From assembly GCA_965261595.1 (NCBI GenBank), contig CBDHDG010000004.1, positions 416,001 to 480,000 on the forward strand: a stretch of 64,000 nt of DNA. The letters run 5' to 3'. Position 1 is the stretch's first letter, and every line of letters starts with the position of its first letter. The notes beneath the pieces were generated by a model. It was given only the letters and a program-made list of their open reading frames with translations, was not told where the DNA came from and did no database searches. Shown one piece after another: positions 10,952 through 20,601 of the stretch. This DNA is from a bacterium (GTDB lineage: Bacteria; UBA8248; JACPRG01; G963555815). The position numbers and the translations under genes were made by a program.

Positions 10952-11561
10952 CGTCCTTGCTCAGGGTGGTGATGCTTGCCGGCGTTGGAAAGCGTTCCAG
11001 AAGGGCAAAGAACCAGTCGCTTCTGCTGTTGTTGCGAAAGCGCTCGATCTCCGGAAAGTAGAGCGGTAGGTAGTGGCCCTGAATCCGATGCAGGATCTCC
11101 GTCTTGGCTTTGGAAACCACATCATGAGTCTTTGACAGCTCCTGGATGTCGTTGATTCCGTTGGCCAGTGGATCGTAGTAGCGCTGGCTCGCTCCGATCT
11201 TCAGCATGTGAAGGATGACCTGGGCATCCTTCGGGTCGTTCTTGTCCCAGCCATTGTGCAAGGCCTCGCGGGTCCGGGCTAAAGCTACCGAAGAGATCAG
11301 GCGGACGTTGAAACCGGCTTCCAGGAGCCGCCAGGCCAATGGTCGATGATGGTTGCCCGTCGCCTCAAAGCCGGCAACGATCGGATGGCCCAGACCGCTC
11401 AGGGTCTGGATGAAGAGGTCGTGCGCCTCGCGCGTGTTCAATACCGTCAGTCGGCGACGTCGGCCGCGACCGGGAAGCTCTATCAGGACTTCATTCCGGC
11501 GCTTGGCGACATCGATGGCTACAAGTGCCGTATCGCTCGGCGTAGGGTGGTATCGGGTCAT
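10952..11561 (-). pseudogene. IS110-family transposase, N-terminal DEDD domain, truncated by IS3 copy 1
   Basis: VAIDVAK, GFEATG, KNDPKDA motifs; GGAGG RBS before ATG at 11561. Confidence 0.85.
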
Positions 11562-11698
11562 GGTCGGTCTGCCTCCAAAGTGGCGAATGAGCGCGCTTAC
11601 TCTAGAGACCTGCGGTCCGGCCATGACCGCCCGCTTGAGCGCTCAATGGGCTCCACGGGCGGTCATGGCCACCACCTGCGCTTCCTTCCCAATGTGCT

Positions 11699-12059
11699 AC
11701 GGATCGGATTCACGGCCAGGGTGGTCAGGGACTGGCTCAAGGCGGTTGGCGTGAGGACGTTGTCCATCGAGCCAGGGAGTCCCTGGGAGAACGGATATGT
11801 GGAGCGTTTCAACGGGAAGCTGAGGGATGAGCTCCTGAACGTGGAGGTGTTTGAGACGCTGAAGGAAGCCCAGGTGCTGGTGGAGAGGTGGAGGGGGGCG
11901 TACAACCAGCGACGGCCTCACAGCGCCTTGGCCCTACCGGCCGCCGGTGCCGGAGGCCAGATTCCCAAGCTCCCAAGCCCTGGCGCCGGTCCCCCGGAGT
12001 GGACTTCAAAGGGTCCCGTGTCTAACGTAGCAGGTGGTCTCGTTGGTGGGGGCAGGTCA
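11699..12059 (+). mobile_element. 3' fragment of a second IS3-family (IS407-like) element with right end
   Basis: FTARVVRDWL..GVRTLSIEPGSPWENGYVERFNGKLRDELLN...YNQRRPHSAL; ends GGGGCAGGTCA. Confidence 0.8.
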
Positions 12060-13622
12060 ATCCGGGTGGGCATTGGTCACGATCCGGCTCCGGGAGGCCT
12101 GACGGAACACCTCCGTCAGGCGCACGACAGGAACGGCCCCCGAGGCGATGATGTCGGAGAGCACCTGGCCCAGACCCACGGAAGGCAACTGGTCGATGTC
12201 GCCGACGAGCAGCAGGGCGGCATGGTCGGGCGCCGCCTTCACCAGAGACTGCATGAGCATCACATCCACCATCGAGCTTTCGTCCACCACGAGGAGGTCG
12301 CAGTCGAGCGGACTGTCCTCGTTGCGCCGGAACCCGAAGGCCCCGGGGTCGAACTCCAGCAGCCGGTGGATGGTCTTCGCCTCCATGCCGGTGGCCTCGG
12401 ACATGCGCTTGGCCGCACGGCCCGTGGGCGCGCAAAGCAGGAGCTTCGCGTCCTTGGCCAAGAGGATCCGCAGGATCGCATTGACGATGGTGGTCTTGCC
12501 GACGCCGGGACCGCCGGTGATGACGGTTGCTTTCGAGCGCAGAGCGAGGCGCACCGCATCGGCCTGGCTCCCGGCGAGCGTAAGTCCGGTACAGGCCTCG
12601 ACCCAGGGTAGCGCCTCGTCCGTGTCGATCCCGGCCCAGGGCAGCGACCCGGTGGCTATCCGCCGCAGGCGCACCGCGACGGCCCGTTCGGCATGGTACA
12701 GTCCGCTCAGGAAGATGCACGGGGTCTCTCCCACGCTGTCCGCGGTCACGGTTTGCTCGGACAGTTCCATCTCCACCGCGGTTGTGATCAGCTCCTCGGG
12801 CGCCTCGAGCAGCTTCTCCGAGAGCTTCTTCAGTTCCGTCGCGGGCAGCCCGCAATGGCCGTCGCTCATGGCTTCGGACAGCGCGAACGAGATCCCGGCG
12901 CGCACCCGGATCATCGCGGTCTTCCCGATGCCGAGCTGTTCCGCGATCAGATCGGCGGTGCGGAACCCGATCCCCCGGATGTCGCGGGACAGACGGTAGG
13001 GGTTCCCGCTCATGACCTCGACCGCATCCGCGCCATAGGTCTTGAAGATGCGCACGGCCCGGGCTGCGCCCACACCGTGCTGGTGCAGGAACACCATGAT
13101 CTCGCGGATCATCTTCTGGTCGGCCCAGGCCGAGGTGATCCGCTCCGCCCGCTTCGGCCCGATCCCATCGACCTCGCGCAAGCGCTCGGGGCTGGCCTCG
13201 ATGATGTCGAACACGTCCTTGCCGAATAGCCGCGCCATGCGTTTCGCATAGACCGGTCCGATGCCCCGGATCATGCCGGAACCGAGATACTTCTCGATGC
13301 CATCCAGGGACGAGGGAGCGGAGGTCTTCAGCAACCGTGTGCGGAATTGCAGGCCGTGGGTGCGGTCGTTGGCCCATTCCCCGGAGGCGGTGACCCATTC
13401 GCCGGCGGAGATCGTCGCGGCATGGCCGACCGCGGTAACGAGATCGCCCTGGCCCCGCGCCTTGATCCGCAGTACGCAGAACCCGTTCTCCGGGTTGTGG
13501 AAGGTCACCCGCTCGACAAGACCGGCCAGGACTTCGCGGCCGGGTACGGGGTTCGGCGCTCCTTCCCAGGCATGCCGAGCCGAATCACCGTCATGGCCGG
13601 AAGGGTCGGGGCCGCCCGTCAT
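12057..13622 (-). pseudogene. recD2: RecD2/TraA-like ATP-dependent helicase, C-terminally truncated
   Basis: VERVTFHNPENGFCVL, GIGPVYA, ITGGPGVGKT, APTGRAAKR, VVDESSM, GDIDQLPSV, LTEVFRQ; stop codon supplied by the IS end. Confidence 0.85.
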
Positions 13623-13677
13623 TATGAAAGGGCGTCGGGGCAGGCGCCGAATACGCAAGGTGGGCACGCGAAACAGC

Positions 13678-14061
13678 TCATTCGGAGGTCTCCTTCAGCG
13701 TGTCTGCATGCGCGTTGCGTGCGGCCTGAACGATCTCGTCCAGCTCTTCGCCGCGGCCCTCGCGGATCATCTCTTCACGTTTCAGGGTCGTAAGGATGTA
13801 AACGCCGCGATAGGTGCTCTCGATGAGTGCGGCGAGTCCGGGCGGAAGCGCTGCGGATGTGGCACTGGTTCTACCACGGGCGAGGTCCAAAACCGTGTCC
13901 CGGACGAACTCCGCGGCCGGAACGCCATGCTTTTCGGCCGCAGTCTTGACCTCTTCCCATTCCGAATCAGAGAACCGGATGCCCCGCGTCCGGCGCACAT
14001 CGCTCTGTCTTGGGTCCCGACTGTCGTTGGTTTCGGGTTCGATCGGACCGTTTTCGGCCAC
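13678..14061 (-). CDS. Ribbon-helix-helix/CopG-like mobilisation accessory protein
   Basis: RGIRFSDSEWEEVKTAAEKHG..AEFVR; AAGGAG RBS. Confidence 0.65.
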   Translation of the reverse strand: MAENGPIEPETNDSRDPRQSDVRRTRGIRFSDSEWEEVKTAAEKHGVPAAEFVRDTVLDLARGRTSATSAALPPGLAALIESTYRGVYILTTLKREEMIREGRGEELDEIVQAARNAHADTLKETSE

Positions 14062-14784
14062 GGTTTTGCTCCTTCCTGCTGCGAAATTGGTGATGCTACA
14101 GTGCCGCTCTCGGTGAAAAACAGCGCGATCCTGAACCCTTTGGCTACCGAATCACCCATGTCATGGCGATCCTGCAAGGCAGGAAACGGCAGCTTGGCAG
14201 CGATACCGGGCATCACGTTTGATCCCGGTGCACATGATTGCCCGGCGGGAACATCGTGAATTTGCCGCGGACACCGGAAATCCTGGCGTGTATCGCTATT
14301 GACCCGGCGCATTCCCGCGCACACCCGGATTGGTGGCGGCCGTGTATCGATCGCATACCGGTCCGGGCAAATGTCATTATATATCAATGAGTTAAGGACG
14401 TATATCGGTGCGGCATACGCTCGATCCAACAACAACCGGGCGGCCCCTGACGTTGTTTGCGCAAGACACTGCATGACAAGCGCGCGCGGGCATGCGAGAG
14501 CATCAGCGATGCGTGGGGTGTGAGCAAATCAGCGCCTCCCACGGCGTCGGACAGGTGGTATTCAACAAAAGGAACGAAGAGGGAATCTCCGCGGGCGCGG
14601 GACGCGCGGGGGAGCCGCCGCGGCGATTGAGCGGGTGGCCGTGCGGAGCATGGTGCATGGAGCAGTGCGGGACGGATTGAGCAGTGGGGTTCGCACCGGT
14701 GCGGTGCACAGTGCAGCGGGACGTGAAGGAAGGAGGAACGGGCCGCGCCGTCGGGTGGCGACGCGACCCGCGAGGTCGTTCGAC

Positions 14785-15708
14785 TCAGGCGGCGACGCAC
14801 TGGACCGGGATACCGAGCTTGCGCGCCTTGTCGACCAGATTGTCCGTGATGCCCGAGCCCGGGAACGCGATGACGCCCTTGGGGAGGAGATCGAGCAGTT
14901 CGTCATTGCGCCGGAAGGGCGCCGCGCGTCCGTGTGCGTCCCAGTTGGGCTTGCAGACGATCTGATGGACGCCGTTGCGGTCCGCCCACTTGGCCGCGAT
15001 CTTCTCGACGCCGGGGCCGCCGCCGTGGACCAGGACCACATCGTCGTACTTGGCCTTGAGCTTCTCGAGGGTGCGGATGATGGCGCCTGCGTCGCCGGCC
15101 TGCTTGCCGCCTGCCACCGCCACGAGGGTTCCCTGGGGCAGGAGGGCCTTGTTCTCGCGGTCCCTGCGGGCACGCTGGAAGTCTCGGGCGTCGATCATGG
15201 CCGAAGTGAGCTTGCCGGTCTGGGAGGTGTGGGACCCGCGCCGGGGCCGCCAGAGGTCTCCGGTCTCGACCCGGTAGGCCTCGGCCGCTGTATCGCGGAG
15301 TTGCTCGAAGGCGTCTCGCCGGTCCGTGAGGTTCTTGGTTCGGTCGGTGACGAGTTCGAGCTCTCGGGACCGGATCTCGGAGCCGTCCTGCTCTCGCTGG
15401 AGGTCGCGCATGTCGGGGAGGAGCCTGTCGGCCGCGCGGTCGAGGCGTTGGGTCTGGGCGTCGAGCATGTTGACGAATCCCCAGAGCAGGCTCTCGCGCT
15501 CGTCGGCGAGTTGCGTTCCGTCGGGGGCGACGCCGTGTGCCATGATGCGGAAGGCTTCCGTGACGGCGGAGAGGGCGTTCTCCGGGTCCCAGACCTCCCG
15601 GTTGTCGAATTCGTCGCGCTCTGGAGTCGCGCCGAAGAGAGCCGCCTGCTCGCAGACGGTGGCGGTGACGGACTGGTTCTGTTCTGAGATGTTGTCGATA
15701 TCGTGCAT
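14785..15708 (-). CDS. DUF2493 (SLOG/YspA-like) domain protein of conjugative elements
   Basis: VAVAGG, VLVHGGGPGVEKIAAKWA, GRAAPFRRND, IAFPGSGITDNL; AAGGAG RBS. Confidence 0.8.
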   Translation of the reverse strand: MHDIDNISEQNQSVTATVCEQAALFGATPERDEFDNREVWDPENALSAVTEAFRIMAHGVAPDGTQLADERESLLWGFVNMLDAQTQRLDRAADRLLPDMRDLQREQDGSEIRSRELELVTDRTKNLTDRRDAFEQLRDTAAEAYRVETGDLWRPRRGSHTSQTGKLTSAMIDARDFQRARRDRENKALLPQGTLVAVAGGKQAGDAGAIIRTLEKLKAKYDDVVLVHGGGPGVEKIAAKWADRNGVHQIVCKPNWDAHGRAAPFRRNDELLDLLPKGVIAFPGSGITDNLVDKARKLGIPVQCVAA

Positions 15709-15975
15709 GATGCTCTCCTTATGGATTGAGTGTAGAGAACCGTTATGGTTCGTTGTGCGGAGAGAGTCTCCGAACGTGATGGTTGAGTGGCCCACGCGCG
15801 CGCTGCAAAGCCACCGTGGCCGCAAGGCCTGGCGCGGCGAGAAGCGCGAGTGGTGCGGGCGCACAAGCGACCGCAGGGAGCGCGGAGCCTCGGTCGCGGT
15901 TCTTGCCGCGCCTAGGCGCGAAGCGCCGTTGGACCGCCCCTGGGTTATTGGACACTCGGGTGAGGGTATTCGACC

Positions 15976-16884
15976 TCATGCGGCCTCCGCAACTTGAGCG
16001 AGTTTTTCCTGCCTTGCCTGGGCCGGCGTTCGGTAGCCGTAGCCCTCGAGAATCCAATGATGGTTGTACAGGTTCTTGAACTCAAGCAGCGCCCACCGCA
16101 GTTCCTCTACGGTGGCGAAAGAGCGCACCCACAGGAGATTCTCCTTCAAGATGCGGATGAACCACTCACAGTAGCCATTTCCCTCGGGCGCCCGCACGAA
16201 GCTGGGCGAACTGGTCATGCCCAGGTAGGCGATCTCCCGCTGAAAGTCATCGGACAGATAGGCGGGGCCGTGGTCGTGACGAACTTTAAGCCCCTCGGCG
16301 ACGTCCGCCTCCAAGCCGGCGAAGCGCTCGGCGACCCCCTGCCGGATCGGCTCCAGGGCCTCGAAGCGGTTGCCGCTCTTGGCCGCATGGATCCCCACGC
16401 AGTCCACCGAGCAGTGATCCACCGCCACGAACACCGAGGCCATCCCCTCCTCGGTGGTCACCGTCGTCGTCATGTGCGTGCCCCACACTCGGTCGGGCCG
16501 CTCGGTGCGGATGGTCCCGTTGTGGGCCTTGGGACCTCGGGGTTTGCCCACCCGGTGGGGGGCCTGAAGCCCCGCCTCCCGCATCAGGCGACGCACCCGC
16601 TCCTTGCTGGTGCGGATGCCCGCGAAGCGCAGCCTCGCCCACACCTTGCGGTAGCCCTCGCCATGGAAGGGAGAGTCCTCCAGGACCTGCCGGATGTGGC
16701 CGAGGAGTTCCGCATCGGTGCACGGGCCCACAGGGCCGCGCTTATTGGGCGTGGGGCGTTCATGAACGGGGACCGCCTCTCGCCGCCGTTGCGCGTAGAC
16801 CGTGGAGCGCGCCAAGCCCCAAAGGGCGCACACCCGCTTCAGGCCGTAGGCTCTGCCCGTGGAGGTGAAGCGGGCCTGACTCAT
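15976..16884 (-). CDS. IS3 OrfB, D-to-H active-site variant
   Basis: Near-identical to copy 1 OrfB. Confidence 0.8.
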   Translation of the reverse strand: MSQARFTSTGRAYGLKRVCALWGLARSTVYAQRRREAVPVHERPTPNKRGPVGPCTDAELLGHIRQVLEDSPFHGEGYRKVWARLRFAGIRTSKERVRRLMREAGLQAPHRVGKPRGPKAHNGTIRTERPDRVWGTHMTTTVTTEEGMASVFVAVDHCSVDCVGIHAAKSGNRFEALEPIRQGVAERFAGLEADVAEGLKVRHDHGPAYLSDDFQREIAYLGMTSSPSFVRAPEGNGYCEWFIRILKENLLWVRSFATVEELRWALLEFKNLYNHHWILEGYGYRTPAQARQEKLAQVAEAA

Positions 16885-17153
16885 CGCCTCCACCTCCTGC
16901 CGGCTAAAGGGCGGCCGGCCTCCAGGCGGTCGATCTTCTCCCGCAGGACCTCGCCCTCCATCGTGAGTTCGCCCACCTTGGCCTTGAGCCGGGCGTTCTC
17001 CTCGTCCCGCTCATCCGCCGGGCGGGCTTTGAGCGCCGCCCGCTTGCGCTGGCAGGAGAACCGACCCCGCTCACTGCGATGCCCTGGGGCCTTGGCTCCG
17101 TTCGCCCTGCGGGCGCCCTCCGCCAAAGCCCCCTCTTGCTTTTGTTCGTTCAT
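16881..17153 (-). pseudogene. IS3 OrfA lacking the HTH segment
   Basis: 38 codons deleted relative to the other copies. Confidence 0.8.
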
Positions 17154-17219
17154 CGCGACACCCCTTTCTCCATGAATCATGGATCAATCGAGTGTCCAAC
17201 AAAACCCTAGAGCGGGGGA

Positions 17220-17494
17220 GTAATAACCAAAAGGACTCGAAGATCGAAACGTCGATCAAGACGGGCCTCAACGTCGGAGTTCCGATTGGGGACAATTATG
17301 TTGCCAACGTATACACCAGCTATAACAACCAGCTGGAACCGGATTCGCTCGATAGCGACTACTACATCCTGGGCGGGGAATTTAGCGTGTACTTCACCAA
17401 GCTCATTTCCGCGACCGCGGGCATCAAAACCGTTCTGGGGCTCGATGACTTCACGTCCTACGAAGGCCACCTCGGAGCCATCTTGAAGTTCTAG
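17220..17494 (+). pseudogene. C-terminal remnant of an outer-membrane beta-barrel truncated by IS3 copy 2
   Basis: Alternating strand pattern ending GHLGAILKF; followed by a hairpin near 17509-17540. Confidence 0.55.
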
Positions 17495-18110
17495 CGGTTC
17501 GTTGTGGACGCCCCCGGGCCCCCGCCGGGCTTTGGGGCGTTACTGTTTGGTCTAACTGGTTAGTGTCCAATTCGTTTCATGGAAGGAGAAATTAACTCTG
17601 TGAGGGGCGTCATCCCCTCTTTATTTTCCATAAGGCCGTTTGAAATCCATTTACAGAGGTTCCCGAGGTGTGATCGAAGCGATTCATCCATAACACCTTG
17701 ATTTTCAGTATGATTTTCTGAGCCTAGTTTCTGGTAATAAGGAAAATTTCGCGTAGGCGCAAAGGAAGAGGGTAGCGGTCCTCGGTGCCATTTCGCCGAT
17801 AAAGGACAAAGTTTGGCGGGGTCATCGAATCGGATTCGGGATTGCCAACCTGATTTCCCAAGCGCTTTTCAATTCCGGACGTTTCATCGTCATCGAGGGA
17901 AGGCGGAAGCCCGGAAGCAAACGGATGAGTTCACCCGTCGGAATTGGACCGCGCCGGAAAATGACCGCACGGGCGAACAGGCCATATCTCTCGCGAAAAA
18001 ATTGGGCATCGACCTTCTCGCGGTCGGTCGAGGGACGTCCTATTTCCCCCGCTCTAGGGTTTTGTTGGACACTCGATTGATCCATGATTCATGGAGAAAG
18101 GGGTGTCGCG

Positions 18111-18497
18111 ATGAACGAACAAAAGCAAGAGGGGGCTTTGGCGGAGGGCGCCCGTAGGGCGAACGGAGCCAAGGCCCCAGGGCATCGCAGTGAGCGGGGT
18201 CGGTTCTCCTGCCAGCGCAAGCGGGAGGCGGTCCTGCGTCTTTTGCGGGGCGAGAGCCTGGAGACGCTCTGCCGCGAGTTGGGCACGACAGCGGCTCGGC
18301 TTTCCGCCTGGCGCGAGGCGTTCCTTCGCGGGGGCGAGGCGGCGCTCAAAGCTCGCCCGGCGGATGAGCGGGCCGAGGAGAACGCCCGGCTCAAGGCCAA
18401 GGTGGGCGAACTCACGATGGAGGGCGAGGTCCTGCGGGAGAAGATCGACCGCCTGGAGGCCGGCCGCCCTTTAGCCGGCAGGAGGTGGAGGCGATGA
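18111..18497 (+). CDS. IS3 OrfA
   Basis: Same protein as copy 1. Confidence 0.85.
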   Translation: MNEQKQEGALAEGARRANGAKAPGHRSERGRFSCQRKREAVLRLLRGESLETLCRELGTTAARLSAWREAFLRGGEAALKARPADERAEENARLKAKVGELTMEGEVLREKIDRLEAGRPLAGRRWRR

Positions 18498-19402
18498 GTC
18501 AGGCCCGCTTCACCTCCACGGGCAGAGCCTACGGCCTGAAGCGGGTGTGCGCCCTTTGGGGCTTGGCGCGCTCCACGGTCTACGCGCAACGGCGGCGAGA
18601 GGCGGTCCCCGTTCATGAACGCCCCACGCCCAATAAGCGCGGCCCTGTGGGCCCGTGCACCGATGCGGAACTCCTCGGTCACATCCGGCAGGTCCTGGAG
18701 GACTCTCCCTTCCATGGCGAGGGCTACCGCAAGGTGTGGGCGAGGCTGCGCTTCGCGGGCATCCGCACCAGCAAGGAGCGGGTGCGTCGCCTGATGCGGG
18801 AGGCGGGGCTTCAGGCCCCCCACCGGGTGGGCAAACCCCGAGGTCCCAAGGCCCACAACGGGACCATCCGCACCGAGCGGCCCGACCGAATGTGGGGCAC
18901 GGACATGACGACGACGGTGACCACCGAGGAGGGGATGGCCTCGGTGTTCGTGGCGGTGGATCACTGTTCGGTGGACTGCGTGGGGATCCATGCGGCCAAG
19001 AGCGGCAACCGCTTCGAGGCCCTGGAGCCGATCCGGCAGGGGGTCGCCGAGCGCTTCGCCGGCTTGGAGGCGGACGTCGCCGAGGGGCTTAAAGTTCGTC
19101 ACGACCACGGCCCCGCCTATCTGTCCGATGACTTTCAGCGGGAGATCGCCTACCTGGGCATGACCAGTTCGCCCAGCTTCGTGCGGGCGCCCGAGGGAAA
19201 TGGCTACTGTGAGTGGTTCATCCGCATCTTGAAGGAGAATCTCCTGTGGGTGCGCTCTTTCGCCACCGTAGAGGAACTGCGGTGGGCGCTGCTTGAGTTC
19301 AAGAACCTGTACAACCATCATTGGATTCTCGAGGGCTACGGCTACCGAACGCCGGCCCAGGCAAGGCAGGAAAAACTCGCTCAAGTTGCGGAGGCCGCAT
19401 GA
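18494..19402 (+). CDS. IS3 OrfB DDE transposase
   Basis: Near-identical to copy 1. Confidence 0.9.
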   Translation: MSQARFTSTGRAYGLKRVCALWGLARSTVYAQRRREAVPVHERPTPNKRGPVGPCTDAELLGHIRQVLEDSPFHGEGYRKVWARLRFAGIRTSKERVRRLMREAGLQAPHRVGKPRGPKAHNGTIRTERPDRMWGTDMTTTVTTEEGMASVFVAVDHCSVDCVGIHAAKSGNRFEALEPIRQGVAERFAGLEADVAEGLKVRHDHGPAYLSDDFQREIAYLGMTSSPSFVRAPEGNGYCEWFIRILKENLLWVRSFATVEELRWALLEFKNLYNHHWILEGYGYRTPAQARQEKLAQVAEAA

Positions 19403-19921
19403 GGTCGAATACCCTCACCCGAGTGTCCAATAACCCAGGGGCGGTCCATATTCCCGCAAACGCTCTCGGCTAGCCCTTGGGCCCCTTGTAAGGGGACAAC
19501 AAACGATTGTCGTGAAAGTGAAGGTCGAGCTATGGGGGAGAGCGCTTCCACAACAGTTGGTCGCCGGGGGGGAGGGAAGCTCGAGGTTTTCCTCGATGGG
19601 CCTGGTGTTCGAACCCCGGAAAGACATTGTTTTGTTCGATGAGACAACCATTGGCCGGATCACCAAAGCCGAGATAAAAAGGGCCGTCACACGGTTCTTC
19701 GAGCTGCCGCCCTCTTCATTTTGATGGAAGCGGAAAGAAGAGGGAGTTTTTCTGAGCGCCGCCGGCCTCGCGAAAAACCTATCCCGAGCGCGAGAGACGT
19801 GTCGCCGTTGGGTGGCGACTGACCGATGTGAGGAGCATATTGAATATGGAAATAGATGGGGGATTTTGAATAACCGGTTTTCACTGAGGGTGTCGGGAGT
19901 AGACAAGGAGGTGGGTTGCAC

Positions 19922-20107
19922 ATGAAGACAACAACAGCGATCCTGCTGGCACTTTTGCTGGCGGGTTGTGCAACCCAAACCGCCGATAAGAAAAAGCCCA
20001 AAGGGACCCGGTTGACCCCTGATGTGACGCGGGGAACGATGGCGGAGCCGAATGGGCGGATACGGCAGCGAATCCAGATCTTTCTACGGGTGCCCGGGTC
20101 ACGGTGA
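19922..20107 (+). CDS. Small putative lipoprotein (possibly a remnant)
   Basis: AAGGAGG RBS, MKTTTAILLALLLAGC lipobox. Confidence 0.45.
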   Translation: MKTTTAILLALLLAGCATQTADKKKPKGTRLTPDVTRGTMAEPNGRIRQRIQIFLRVPGSR

Positions 20108-20601
20108 GACGGTGAGGAGAGTGGCTCTCGCGTACGTCCTCGGGCGGATGTGGTGCGAAGAAAAACCCCTTCCGGGTTGAAGATTACGGCGCTTAGGCAT
20201 GCGGACTGCGGTGCTTAGTATAATCGGGCTGAATTCAGTGGCCTACGCGACGACTTCGATTGAGGAATCCCCATAAGAGCGGATGGAGCGGATTCGGCAT
20301 CGGGCCTCTGCCGTGATTTTGGAATCCCGCGAGCCGAATGCCCGGGTCTCGCCTTCCCACCACCTGAAAAAGCAAGTTTTCCTGAAAACAACAGGCGGCG
20401 GAACAGCCGAATAGGCTCTGTATAAACCCTCCAGATTCCCTCCGGGAGGATGCGGTGACTCGGCGACTTCTATCTGAAAGTATCTGGGTTCGAAGAACGA
20501 AAAAAACTCAGAAACCATTTCCCGGAACCCATTCCTGATCGTGATTTGGCGAGTACCGCCCGTAGGGTTTCATCTCGCCCTTTTCCAAATGGACGGCAAA
20601 A

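Larger units (their letters stand above)
15930..17219 (-). mobile_element. IS3-family element, copy 2 (1290 bp, defective)
   Basis: Same IRs; 114-bp in-frame deletion in orfA; first catalytic Asp changed (WGTD to WGTH). Confidence 0.92.
18045..19448 (+). mobile_element. IS3-family element, copy 3
   Basis: 1404 bp, 4-bp TSD TATT (18041-18044 / 19449-19452). Confidence 0.95.
17813..19724 (+). pseudogene. Hypothetical protein interrupted by IS3 copy 3
   Basis: Removing the IS and one TATT restores the frame: LAKKLGIDLLAVGRGTSY-SRKRSRLALGPLVRGQQTIVVKVKVELW. Confidence 0.55.

Noticed and set aside
11346..12611. 421-aa ORF as a novel fusion
   Set aside because: Chance read-through of antisense IS110, an IS3 fragment and antisense RecD2
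14280..14760. oriT of the conjugative remnant
   Set aside because: Position is plausible, but I could not identify a recognisable nic motif and there is no relaxase to assign it
9548..17219. Composite transposon formed by IS3 copies 1 and 2
   Set aside because: Outer flanks (CAC vs GTA) do not match; the CGT at both inner flanks is only 3 bp, and joining them does not restore the IS110 gene
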